Source of the DNA: a virus
Length of the DNA: 64,000 nucleotides
IMG/VR virus record: IMGVR_UViG_3300015371_000025
Span: 3,405 to 67,404 of that record
Strand: one strand, 5' to 3'
How positions within the stretch are numbered: the first letter of the stretch is position 1; the number at the start of each line of letters is the position of its first letter. The notes under the pieces were generated by a model. That model was not told where the DNA came from, made no database searches, and saw only the letters and a program-made list of their open reading frames with translations. The position numbers were made by a program, and so were the translations under genes. Of this stretch, positions 54,337 through 63,375 are shown in pieces.

Positions 54337-55388
54337 TAACGCTGTCGAGCCCGAGCGAGCGCCGCCTTGCGGATCTCGCGCTGGAGCGTGAGGTCTCCCA
54401 TGACCAGCTCGCGGAGGGCCGCCTCGCCGCGCAGGTGCATCTGCTTCTTGCCGTTGGACTGTGTGGGGTAGTAGTAGTTTCCACCACCCCGGTTCTCGAC
54501 AACGCCGTACGCCTTAGCGGCCTCCACGAACTCGAAGATGCGGTCGAACTGCACCGTCTGGAAGTCGAGCCGCATCTCGGCCGGGATGAGCGGACGGCAG
54601 ACGCGCGACTTCTCGACGCGAGCCTTGATGATCAGCCCATCGGGCTCGAGATCGTCGGTCATCTCGATGCGCTCCGACTTAGCCTTCTTCTTCGGGTCGT
54701 CGAGATAGCCGTGCGAGTTGTAGAAGAGCCAGCCGCCCTTGCGGAACTTCATCGACATCGACGACGCGTGATCGAGGATCTTGCCGCCGGGCGCCTCCTC
54801 GGCGCTCGTCTTGAAGTTCACGCGCACCTGATCGAGCAGGACGATCGTGTTCTCGGTGTGGTCGAAGCGGTCGTTGATCCTGCGGAAGACCTTGCCCCAC
54901 GCGCGAGCGCCGATGCCGGGGCGCCAGTCCTCGGGCTTGGCGTTCAGCTCGTCGACCGAGACCGCCTGGGAGGCGGAATCGATCACATGTAGGTGAACGA
55001 CGCCGAGAAGGGCCTCGAGCTTCTCGCCGATCTCCTCGATGGTCGAGCCCTCCATCACGAGCAGCTCGTCGATGTCGACGCCCATGTTGTCCCGGACGAA
55101 CTCGGGGTCGTACGCCTTCTCGATGTTCCAGTAGCAGCAGGAGTAGCCCTCCTCCTGCGCCTCGCGGATCACATTCCAGGCCGTGAGGCTCTTCGTGCTC
55201 GAATACGGGCCGTACAGGCGGCTGACGCGGCCCCAGGGCAGACCGCCGCCGGACGCCACGTCGAGAGCCAGCGATCCGAAGGAGATGCGCTGCGGGTGCT
55301 CGTAGCTGTCGCCGTTGCGAAGGTCGCCCTCGTACTTCTTGTTGATAGCTGCTACTACAGAGTCGAAGTTATCCTGATTGACCGGCAA
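54336..55388 (-). CDS. recA: RecA/UvsX-like recombinase
   Basis: GSLALDVASGGGLPWGR, variant Walker A GPYSSTKS, VIDS, DQVR, PGG, KSRV. Confidence 0.9.
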   Translation of the reverse strand: MPVNQDNFDSVVAAINKKYEGDLRNGDSYEHPQRISFGSLALDVASGGGLPWGRVSRLYGPYSSTKSLTAWNVIREAQEEGYSCCYWNIEKAYDPEFVRDNMGVDIDELLVMEGSTIEEIGEKLEALLGVVHLHVIDSASQAVSVDELNAKPEDWRPGIGARAWGKVFRRINDRFDHTENTIVLLDQVRVNFKTSAEEAPGGKILDHASSMSMKFRKGGWLFYNSHGYLDDPKKKAKSERIEMTDDLEPDGLIIKARVEKSRVCRPLIPAEMRLDFQTVQFDRIFEFVEAAKAYGVVENRGGGNYYYPTQSNGKKQMHLRGEAALRELVMGDLTLQREIRKAALARARQR

Positions 55389-58300
55389 CTTGCTCCTCCT
55401 CGTCCTCTTGGAAGAAATCCTCGATCGACACCATCTCCTCGACGACGACGCTCTGGAAGTCCTTCCAGATGTCCTTGTGGCCCGAGATCATGACCTCAGA
55501 GCCCTCGTGCAAGAGGTGTCTGTAGTAGGAGACCTGGGGCTCCCACAGCTTGCAGCGCCACTCGTCGGTCTCGAACTGTACCGTGATGTTGGCGTAGTCC
55601 TTGCCCGTCTTCGTCTGCTTGAAGTCGAGCTTGATGATCTCGCCGCCGCAGATGATGTGATCGTCCTGCTCAGCGGACTCAAACTCGTCACCCAGGTGGC
55701 AGTTCTCGCGCATGTACTCGATCACCGGCGCGTCGAGCTTGCTCTCCGTGAGCGGCACGGTGAAGTGCGTGCCCCGGAGAACCTCAAGCATGTCACCAGA
55801 GGGCGTCCTGCGGAACTTGGGCACCTCGCGCGGGTTCTTGAGCGTCGTGTTGTGCTTGAGGTGCTCCCAGACCTGCCACTCTTCCTCGGTGCCGTCACGC
55901 TTGAGCTTCGTGACGAACGACAGCATGTAGTTGCGGTCCAGGAAGTCGTCGCAGGCGCCGGACTCGATGAGCTGCCGGATCGGGAGCGCCTTGCCGCGCG
56001 TGAAGAGATCGTCGGCCGAAACGAAGGGGCGCAGCTTGATCGCCTGCTTCGCGCTCTTCGAGCCCATGCCCTTGATCGACGCCAAGCCGAGCCTGAGCAC
56101 CTTGCCGTCCGTCGTCCAGCCCTCGCCGGACTCGTTCAGCAAGGGCGGCTCCAGCTCGATGTCGAGCTGACGGGCCTCACGCACGGCGGACTTGATCTTC
56201 TCCTCGTCCTCCTCGAAGGTGAGGAAGGCAGCGTAGAACTCGTGCGGATAGAGCATCTTGAGGTACATATCCTGGTACGCCAGGCAGGCGTAGCTGGCCG
56301 AGTGGCTCTTGTTGAAGCCGTAGTGGCCGAACTGTAGGAACATGTTCCACGTGGCCTCTGCTGCGGCCTCGTCCCACCCGTGGTCCTTGATGGCGCCGTC
56401 GTAGAACGGCACCTCGTACTTGGCCATGAAGTCCTTGGCCGCCGTGCCGCCCTTGATGCGGTACAGCTTGCCCATCGCCTTACGCATGTCATCGGTGTCG
56501 CCCGCCTTGAGGCGACCGATGCCACCGGCGATAAGCATGACCTGCTCCTGGTAAGCGATGATCCCGTAAGTTTCGCCCAGGTAGCGCTTGAGGTCTGGAT
56601 GTAGGTACTGGCGAAGGAAGCGGTTGTTCTTGCGCTTCGGGAAGTCCCACGCTGCGGGGGTGTCGGAGCCCGGCATGGACGCCTTGAGCGGGCCGGGACG
56701 ATAGAGCGCGTTGACAGCGGCCACGTCGAGCACAGTGTCGGGCTTGGTCGCCATGAGCAGCTTGCGGATGCCCGGCGAGCCGAACTGGAAGACGCCGACC
56801 GTGTAGCCCTTGCGGAAGCCGTCCATGACGCGCTCGTCGACCCTGACCGGATCGCGCAGCGCAGGCAGGGCATAGAGGTCGACCTTCTCGCCGGTGCGCG
56901 CCTCGATGAGATCGCATGCGTAGTCGTGAACGTCGAGCGCCTTGATGCCCAGCGCGTCGAGCTTCACGAAGCCGTAGTCGCTGATGACGGCGAAGTCTGC
57001 GGCATCGGACCAGGAGGTGACCAGATCGCCGCTCTTGCCGCGCTCGAGCGCCATGTAGGTCGCGATCGGCTTCGGCGTGACGATCACACCGGCGGCGTGC
57101 TTGCCTGCGTTGGCCACGGTGCCCTCGAGCCGCAGGGCGTGCTTCCAGATCTCCGGCTGAGCTTCCTTGAACTTCTGTAGGTGCTCGTAGAGAGGCAGGA
57201 TCTCCTCGAGCGTCGTCTCCTCGGAGTCCTGCCGGATCTCGATCGGCTTCGTGACCCGCTTGGCCTCCTGCGGGTTGATGTCGAAGGCGCGGCAGAGGTC
57301 GCCGAGCACCTTCTTGGGCTGGAAGCGCTGGTGCGTGATGATGTCGGCCACGTGGGAGCGGCCGTAGCGGCGCGATATGAACTCCTTGACCATCGGCCGA
57401 GAGAGCGACTGGAAGTCCATGTCGATGTCCGGCAGGCCCTTGCGGTTCGGGTTGAGGAATCGCTCGAACAGCAGTGTGTAGCCCATCGGATCGATCTTGA
57501 CGATCCCGACGAGGTAGGAGATCAGGCAGCCAGCGGCGGATCCTCGGCCGAGCCCGATTCGGATGGGCTTCTTCCGGTATCCCTTGACACGATGTACTGG
57601 GTACTGGTCACGTTCTCCTGGAGCGACCGGCGGGAGTGGGGCATCCGAAGCGCACCAGCGAACGATCTCTCCCACCATGACGAAGTAGTCGAGCACTCCC
57701 TTGGACTCGAGAATCCCCCATTCGTATGCGACGCGCTCACGGTACTCGTCCTCTCGCTCGGTGATCTGATCTGCGGTCAGGCCGTCTTCCTGCCACGCCG
57801 TCTTGACGCTCGCCATGCCCTCTTCGATCCACCCTCGGAGGATGGCGGCGCTCGCGTCGACCGACTCGGTGACCTTCGGCAGCTTGAGACCCTTGTCCAG
57901 CATGAACGGCTTGATGCTCTGAGTCATGAGCATCGTGTTGTCCATCGCTTCATCTACAACGTTCTGCGGAAGATCCGGGTGGTACTTCTGGAACCAGAGG
58001 TACATCTCCTCGGCGTCGGAGAGGTAGAGCGTCGGGTTCAGCTCGGCCAGGTACTCGGCCTTGCCGTTCTCGGCGTCCTTCTTCGCCTTCTCGAGCGAGG
58101 AGCCCGAGCCCATGATCTTCGCGATGCGGTGCGTGTCGGCCCACTCCTTGTAGGGGAAGTGGGCGTCATTCGTGGCGATGACCGGAATGCTGAACTGCTC
58201 TGCGACCCGGACCAGCTCCACGTTGAGGACGCGCTGATCCTCGAAGTCGTGCGGCATGATCTCGACCCAGAGATCGTCGCCGAAGATCTTGCGCATCCTC

Positions 58301-58785
58301 TGGATGTAGGCAGAGACCTCGCCACTGTGGCCGAGGTTGACCAGATTCGCGAGCCACGAACTGATGCAGGCCGTGGAGCAGACGAGCCCCTCGTGGTGGC
58401 GCTCGAGAAGCTCCCAGTCGACAGCGGGGTACTGGTAGAAGCCGCCGCCGTCTTCTACCTCGCTGTAGGCAGTCGACACGATCGACAGGAGGTTGTGCCA
58501 GCCCTTGAGGTTCTTGGCGAACAGGCAGAGGTGCCACGCCTTCTGGTTCTTCTCCTCCTTCGCCTTGCGCCGGTCGGGGCGGAAGTACGCCTCCACGCCG
58601 GAGATCGGGACGATCTTCGCGTCGCGGCACGCCTGGATGTGATGCAGGGCGCCGGAGAGCGTGCCGTGGTCCGTCTGCGCGAGAGCGGGCTGACCGAGTT
58701 CGGCCGCCCGCATCGCGTACTGCTTCGCCGTCCCTACACCGTCGAGACGGCTGTACTCCGAATGCCTGTGTAGGTGTACGAACAC
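55369..58785 (-). CDS. dnaE: DNA polymerase III alpha subunit (family C)
   Basis: PHP domain HLHRHSEYSRLDG, TDHG, TNDAH; GRGSAAG, PDIDMDF, KHAAG, YGFNKSH; C-terminal OB fold. Confidence 0.95.
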   Translation of the reverse strand: MFVHLHRHSEYSRLDGVGTAKQYAMRAAELGQPALAQTDHGTLSGALHHIQACRDAKIVPISGVEAYFRPDRRKAKEEKNQKAWHLCLFAKNLKGWHNLLSIVSTAYSEVEDGGGFYQYPAVDWELLERHHEGLVCSTACISSWLANLVNLGHSGEVSAYIQRMRKIFGDDLWVEIMPHDFEDQRVLNVELVRVAEQFSIPVIATNDAHFPYKEWADTHRIAKIMGSGSSLEKAKKDAENGKAEYLAELNPTLYLSDAEEMYLWFQKYHPDLPQNVVDEAMDNTMLMTQSIKPFMLDKGLKLPKVTESVDASAAILRGWIEEGMASVKTAWQEDGLTADQITEREDEYRERVAYEWGILESKGVLDYFVMVGEIVRWCASDAPLPPVAPGERDQYPVHRVKGYRKKPIRIGLGRGSAAGCLISYLVGIVKIDPMGYTLLFERFLNPNRKGLPDIDMDFQSLSRPMVKEFISRRYGRSHVADIITHQRFQPKKVLGDLCRAFDINPQEAKRVTKPIEIRQDSEETTLEEILPLYEHLQKFKEAQPEIWKHALRLEGTVANAGKHAAGVIVTPKPIATYMALERGKSGDLVTSWSDAADFAVISDYGFVKLDALGIKALDVHDYACDLIEARTGEKVDLYALPALRDPVRVDERVMDGFRKGYTVGVFQFGSPGIRKLLMATKPDTVLDVAAVNALYRPGPLKASMPGSDTPAAWDFPKRKNNRFLRQYLHPDLKRYLGETYGIIAYQEQVMLIAGGIGRLKAGDTDDMRKAMGKLYRIKGGTAAKDFMAKYEVPFYDGAIKDHGWDEAAAEATWNMFLQFGHYGFNKSHSASYACLAYQDMYLKMLYPHEFYAAFLTFEEDEEKIKSAVREARQLDIELEPPLLNESGEGWTTDGKVLRLGLASIKGMGSKSAKQAIKLRPFVSADDLFTRGKALPIRQLIESGACDDFLDRNYMLSFVTKLKRDGTEEEWQVWEHLKHNTTLKNPREVPKFRRTPSGDMLEVLRGTHFTVPLTESKLDAPVIEYMRENCHLGDEFESAEQDDHIICGGEIIKLDFKQTKTGKDYANITVQFETDEWRCKLWEPQVSYYRHLLHEGSEVMISGHKDIWKDFQSVVVEEMVSIEDFFQEDEEEQVAGQSG

Positions 58786-58787
58786 AG

Positions 58788-59663
58788 TCAGACTTCGGCC
58801 TTGACGGCGCCGAAGTTGCTCTCGTTGGGGATCTGCTTGCGCATTTGAACCCATCCGCGAAAGTTGCCCGAGAACTTGATCTCCGGCATGACAGTGGCCT
58901 GATCCATCGGCTTCGCGACGTGCTCGAAGGGCGACAGGTGGAAGCTGTCGATGAGTCGGTTGGCGCGAGCAATCGTAGCCTCCTGCGCCTCGTCGTCGTG
59001 CTGGCGGTCGTAGCTCACGCGAGCGCAACGCGAGGCCGAGAGCAGCTTGACGATCTCCCAGTTGACGAAGGCTGAATTGTAGGTCGTCTCGTGCGCGTCG
59101 AGACCCTCGCGAGCCTCTGCCAGCGGCGTGTGCCATTCGCCGTAGTCGACCAGGCGCGGGAACGACATCTCCATCGTCGACCGCATGAGCCTGGCGATGA
59201 TCTCCATCTCGGGCTGCGCGGCGGGGTTGGCACGCAGAGCAAAGAAGTTGTCCCACTCTGTAGCTGAAACGATGACGGTGTGCCAGAGGAAGGGCTCGAG
59301 CAGGCGGTTGGCCCGGCTCTTGTCGATGCCGATCTCCATCAGCTTCTCGGCGCTGTAGGCGGCGTCGATCGCCGCCTGGCGCCACTCGTCCTCGGCGCGG
59401 CGATGCAGCTTGTCCTCCAGTGTCTCACCTACACCCATGCCCTTGATCCGCTTGTTGAAGGTCTCGGGGATGAACGGGTTCGTGCGAACGCGCTCGATCA
59501 GGATCTCGGTCGGAATGGCGCGCGACGACGCCGAGTTGCGCGAGAACATCCGGTGCGTGTTGAACTCGGCCAAGATGAAGCGCGGGAAGGTAACCTCCAG
59601 CGTCGTGAGCCGGACGCCATCGGGCGACACCGAGTCGGCGAGAACTTGTGCTTTGTAGGCCAT
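58788..59663 (-). CDS. thyX: FAD-dependent thymidylate synthase
   Basis: EFNTHRMFSRNSASSRAIP, CARVSY, HLSPFEH. Confidence 0.9.
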   Translation of the reverse strand: MAYKAQVLADSVSPDGVRLTTLEVTFPRFILAEFNTHRMFSRNSASSRAIPTEILIERVRTNPFIPETFNKRIKGMGVGETLEDKLHRRAEDEWRQAAIDAAYSAEKLMEIGIDKSRANRLLEPFLWHTVIVSATEWDNFFALRANPAAQPEMEIIARLMRSTMEMSFPRLVDYGEWHTPLAEAREGLDAHETTYNSAFVNWEIVKLLSASRCARVSYDRQHDDEAQEATIARANRLIDSFHLSPFEHVAKPMDQATVMPEIKFSGNFRGWVQMRKQIPNESNFGAVKAEV

Positions 59664-59863
59664 CAGCGGTCCTTGATCGATTCGATGAGGTTGGGGTCCA
59701 GGTACATCATCTGGCCGGTCGGGATCAGATCACGCTCGATGGCGAGCAACGTGTCGCCATCCTGCCGGGCCTTGTTGACCAGCTCGGAGACCTTCCAGGC
59801 CCGCTCGGCGCAGTAGTGCTTCTCGCCGCTCTGCATGACGATAACGGCGCCGTCACCTCTCAT
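59663..59863 (-). CDS. Hypothetical protein
   Basis: ATGA and TGATG overlaps. Confidence 0.62.
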   Translation of the reverse strand: MRGDGAVIVMQSGEKHYCAERAWKVSELVNKARQDGDTLLAIERDLIPTGQMMYLDPNLIESIKDR

Positions 59864-60171
59864 GGAATCTCCGGTCGGATCTGAGCGAAGCGGATCTTGC
59901 CGCCGTCGAGGTAGTGGGTCTCTGCGGTCAGGCCCACGGACTCGGCGAGGTCGCACACCTCGCGCAACTCGACGGCGCGAATACCGAAGCCCTTACTCGC
60001 CGAGTCGAGGATCAGCACGTCGTACACCACCTGGAAATCACCTACAGAATCCCACTCGTCGTTGCTTACGGGGAGCCTGTGATCCGGCGACATCACGCGG
60101 GCGTTGATCTGCGTGGAGTAGCCGCGCTCGGTGAGGACTTTGAGCGCAGCCATAGCGTTCTCCAGGTGCAT
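59860..60171 (-). CDS. Hypothetical protein
   Basis: Operon gene. Confidence 0.65.
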   Translation of the reverse strand: MHLENAMAALKVLTERGYSTQINARVMSPDHRLPVSNDEWDSVGDFQVVYDVLILDSASKGFGIRAVELREVCDLAESVGLTAETHYLDGGKIRFAQIRPEIP

Positions 60172-60410
60172 CAGTGCCCTCGGATCTCAGTGGCGACAAC
60201 GCGCCAGCGACCGATCGTGCGGCCCTCCTTCTCGACCCGCACGCCGCGCGTCCACAGCGGCAGGCCGTGCTCACGCAGGATCGAGACCCGCTTCTCGTCC
60301 GTCGCACCAGCCATTGTGTCGAGCCCCTCCTGCAACCGGCGCTCTTCGCGGCGCGCGTTGCGGCGGAACCAGTGGCGACTGACGGTCGCCTCCTTGGCCA
60401 TCGTGGTCAT
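60171..60410 (-). CDS. Hypothetical protein
   Basis: ATGA overlap. Confidence 0.6.
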   Translation of the reverse strand: MTTMAKEATVSRHWFRRNARREERRLQEGLDTMAGATDEKRVSILREHGLPLWTRGVRVEKEGRTIGRWRVVATEIRGH

Positions 60411-60676
60411 GACGGCGGCACGCTCCCGGCGCGCTCTTCGGCGGTCTTGAACGCCTCCTCGGGCACGGCGTCGGCCAGCTCCTCGGAGAGCTTGTCGCGG
60501 GTCTCCTGGTCGAGCCCCCACGACATCTCGCGCACGAGCTGCTCGAGAGGTTCGGAGGGGAAGGCACAGGTGATCATCTGGCCGCTGTCGGGGTCGAAGA
60601 AGTTGACGCGCCGCCCCAGGATGTCCGGGAGCGGGTCGCTACCCCACTTGATGTTGATCAGTTCGATCTGGATCAT
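60407..60676 (-). CDS. Hypothetical protein
   Basis: ATGA overlap. Confidence 0.65.
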   Translation of the reverse strand: MIQIELINIKWGSDPLPDILGRRVNFFDPDSGQMITCAFPSEPLEQLVREMSWGLDQETRDKLSEELADAVPEEAFKTAEERAGSVPPS

Positions 60677-61068
60677 GCCTTGTCTGCGTCTCCATTGGTA
60701 TGTAGAGGTTCGGTGCTCCAGTGCGAAGCAACGTCATCGAGCCCCTCTGGACCGTACTCCTGATGGAACATGATCGCCATCAGGTTCCAGCAAGCCTGCG
60801 CGAGATGGTCCTCGTCCGTCTCGCCGTCGCGGAACTGCTCCTCGTGGCGAATGGCCGAGTCGAGATACCGGCTGTACGGCATCCCCTTCTGGTAGTTGTG
60901 GTCGCCGTACTTGACCGCGCCCTTCGTGAAGATCATCACGATGCGGCGCAGCACCTTCGGCGGCACCAGGCTGTAGCGAGGCTTGTCTGCGTCGGTATCC
61001 CGACGAGCGCCAGTCTCGAAGTGCTGACGCTCGCCGGAATCCTTGAGCGTGAACCGCTCCCGCGTCAT
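60673..61068 (-). CDS. dATP/dGTP diphosphohydrolase domain protein (DUF5664-like)
   Basis: FETGARRD, KPRYSL, GAVKYGDHNYQKG, DSAIRH, DHLAQACWN. Confidence 0.82.
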   Translation of the reverse strand: MTRERFTLKDSGERQHFETGARRDTDADKPRYSLVPPKVLRRIVMIFTKGAVKYGDHNYQKGMPYSRYLDSAIRHEEQFRDGETDEDHLAQACWNLMAIMFHQEYGPEGLDDVASHWSTEPLHTNGDADKA

Positions 61069-61409
61069 CGGCGGATGATCTTGATCGTCTGCTCGACGCC
61101 GAGCCGGATGAGGCCCTTCGGGGTTTCGACGGCGTAGTTGGCCGCCTCGATCGCCTGCGGGAGCGACTCCACGTCGAGCGCCGTCAGGTACGACTGGAGC
61201 ACCTCCTCGGGCTTGTGACCGCCGTACTCGCCGACGAACGACAGGGTGTCGTCGCCGTCGTGGTACAGGCGGGACTTCGGAGCGGCGGGCTTGCGCGTGC
61301 GCGGCTTGCGCTGCTTCGGCGCCGGGGCCTCGCCGTTGTTGGTGGCGTCGGCGTCCGGAGCGGCGGGCTCCGCCGCCGTCCGGGTCGGACGGGCCTTGGT
61401 CTCGGCCAT
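61065..61409 (-). CDS. Hypothetical protein
   Basis: AGAGGA SD. Confidence 0.68.
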   Translation of the reverse strand: MAETKARPTRTAAEPAAPDADATNNGEAPAPKQRKPRTRKPAAPKSRLYHDGDDTLSFVGEYGGHKPEEVLQSYLTALDVESLPQAIEAANYAVETPKGLIRLGVEQTIKIIRR

Positions 61410-61445
61410 TCTGCGGTCCTCTCTTTGAGTAGGGAGTTGTAGGTA

Positions 61446-62186
61446 CTACTTGTTGCGGAGGAACGGGTTGGACTTCTTGACCTGCTCCCGGTTCTCCTCG
61501 TCGTTGCCGTTCCGGTTCCCCTTCGGCACGCCGCCGTTGAGGATCGTCATGAAGTCCTCGTAGGACGGGATCTTCGTGAACTCGGCGAGGTCGTACTTGT
61601 CGGCCTCGAGCGCCTTCTCCTCGTCGGAGAAGGGCTGCTTGCCGCTATCCACGTCCTCGGGCGCGACGACGTACTTGGTGTTGAGCTTGACGCCCTTGCG
61701 CTTCACCTCGAACCGGCGGCTGCGGAGGCCCTTGTACTTCGAGTCGATCTCGTCGAGATCCTCGAAGAGCCGGACGCCGGAGGTCCAGAGCGCGACCTGA
61801 TCCTTGGTGCCGATCTTGATCTTCTTGCCGTCGACCTTGACGAGCTTGCCCTCCTTGTCGCGCTGGAAGAGCGGCGCGTCGAACCAGATCACGTTGATGA
61901 AGCCCTTGAAGCTGCGCTTGAGCTGGCGCTCGCAGCCGGGGCACGGCTCATCCTCGTCGTCCTGGTCGAGACACGGGACCTGGCGGCCCCACTGACGGCC
62001 CTCGATGGCGACCTCGTGGACCCAGATCCACGTGATCTTGTCGCCCTCCTCGAGAAACCGCACCGTGGCGGTCTCACCGTCGTCGATCGAGAGGTACAAC
62101 GCGGGCGGAAGACCGGATCCTGCGGCGTCACGGCGGGCCTGGATGGCGGCACTGGCACCGCGAACTGACTTGAAGCCTCTGGGCAC
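61446..62186 (-). CDS. Single-stranded DNA-binding protein (T4 gp32-like)
   Basis: ATVRFL, WVHEV, C...CPGC, INVI, VKRKG..TKY; AAGGAG SD; next to primase. Confidence 0.75.
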   Translation of the reverse strand: MPRGFKSVRGASAAIQARRDAAGSGLPPALYLSIDDGETATVRFLEEGDKITWIWVHEVAIEGRQWGRQVPCLDQDDEDEPCPGCERQLKRSFKGFINVIWFDAPLFQRDKEGKLVKVDGKKIKIGTKDQVALWTSGVRLFEDLDEIDSKYKGLRSRRFEVKRKGVKLNTKYVVAPEDVDSGKQPFSDEEKALEADKYDLAEFTKIPSYEDFMTILNGGVPKGNRNGNDEENREQVKKSNPFLRNK

Positions 62187-62265
62187 TTGCCCTTCTCCTT
62201 GTTTGTGAGGGTATGTAGATCTATCAGACGTATCTGATGGGGTACTGCGATCTTACCACGTCGCG

Positions 62266-63375
62266 CTACGGCTTGGAAGCAAGTCTGCGCTCGACTGCGA
62301 CGGTCGAGTAGGACCGGGCATGCACGAGAATGTCGTACACCTCGGAGTCCCTGGCCTGCTCCAGCATGTCGGCCGGATCGGCGTCGTGCGTAGGCACTAT
62401 GAGCACGTCGAGATCGACTGCGAGGCGCTCGAGGGCGCCGAGGTGATGCTCGCCGGTCTCCTCGTCGTCCCAGCCCCACAGGCCACGGTCGCCCGCCTTG
62501 TCTGGGTCGAAGTAGAAGGTCGCGCTGCCGAACCGGCGCCGGATGAGATTGGCCTGATGGCTTGTCAGGTTCGAGCCGTTCAGAGCGACTGAGTTGTCAT
62601 GGCCCATCTGATGCAGAGCGATGGCATTCAGCTCGCCCTCGCATATGACTACATGGTTATACTCTACTGGGACCCGATCGAGTCCGAATACGACCTGACC
62701 CGTGTAGTAGCGTGGGAAGCCGTAGCGGCCCTCCCCCAAGACCAGATACTTCGGGTGTCGACCGTCTGTGGCGCGCGCCTTGAATCCGACCAAATGGCCT
62801 TCATCGTCGCGAACTGGAATCGTTATGCGCTGGGTGGCCTCGTCGTAGCCGAAATCCCAGGCTTCGAGAGTCTGCCATGAAAACCCACGGTCCAGCATGT
62901 AGTCACAGGCAGGGAAGCCGTCGCCGATCGCCTGCGCGTCAGCAGCCGATTTCCACTTCACAGCAAAGTAATCGAGCTTGTCCTCGCCGATGCGAGTGTT
63001 CTGCGGAATAGGAAGCATGGTCTTGCCCTCACGCGCGAAGAGCTTGAGCACTTCCTCGCGGATGTCGCGTTCGTCTGGGTTGAGGCTGGCGGGATCATAC
63101 GCCTGTCGGAGCAGGCGTCGCGCCTTCATGGGCGACATGTCGTACATCGCCGCCACGAACCGCACGATGGAGCCCTTGCGCTTACAGCCGTGGCAGAACC
63201 ACTGGCAGGTCTCCAGGTTCATGTAGGCAGAGGCCGACTTGTCGCCGTTCTCGTGGCCGGGGAAAGGGCACGAGAAGCGCGCCTCGCGCATCCCCTCCCG
63301 ACGCAGGTTGTCGACCTCGAGAACCTCGAGCGCGTCCATCACGTCGACCTTGCCAGCAGGATCCCAGGAGGACAT
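62266..63375 (-). CDS. dnaG: DNA primase (CHC2 Zn finger + Toprim)
   Basis: CPFPGH...WFCHGC, RITIPVRD..G..VGF, ICEGELNA, FDPDKAG, DPAD. Confidence 0.88.
   Translation of the reverse strand: MSSWDPAGKVDVMDALEVLEVDNLRREGMREARFSCPFPGHENGDKSASAYMNLETCQWFCHGCKRKGSIVRFVAAMYDMSPMKARRLLRQAYDPASLNPDERDIREEVLKLFAREGKTMLPIPQNTRIGEDKLDYFAVKWKSAADAQAIGDGFPACDYMLDRGFSWQTLEAWDFGYDEATQRITIPVRDDEGHLVGFKARATDGRHPKYLVLGEGRYGFPRYYTGQVVFGLDRVPVEYNHVVICEGELNAIALHQMGHDNSVALNGSNLTSHQANLIRRRFGSATFYFDPDKAGDRGLWGWDDEETGEHHLGALERLAVDLDVLIVPTHDADPADMLEQARDSEVYDILVHARSYSTVAVERRLASKP

Noticed and set aside
42857-58773. Long plus-strand ORFs (42857-45088, 45427-46935, 57181-58773 and others)
   Set aside because: They are antisense to portal, TerL and DnaE, as expected from GC3 bias in high-GC DNA, and carry no recognisable motifs.
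58786-59385. N-terminal 200-aa extension of DnaE in the ORF track
   Set aside because: It overlaps thyX in another frame; DnaE homology starts at VFVHLHRHSEYS (GTG 58785).
60673-61068. Z-genome (2-aminoadenine) pathway
   Set aside because: No PurZ-like gene is in the window, and the diphosphohydrolase alone is insufficient evidence.
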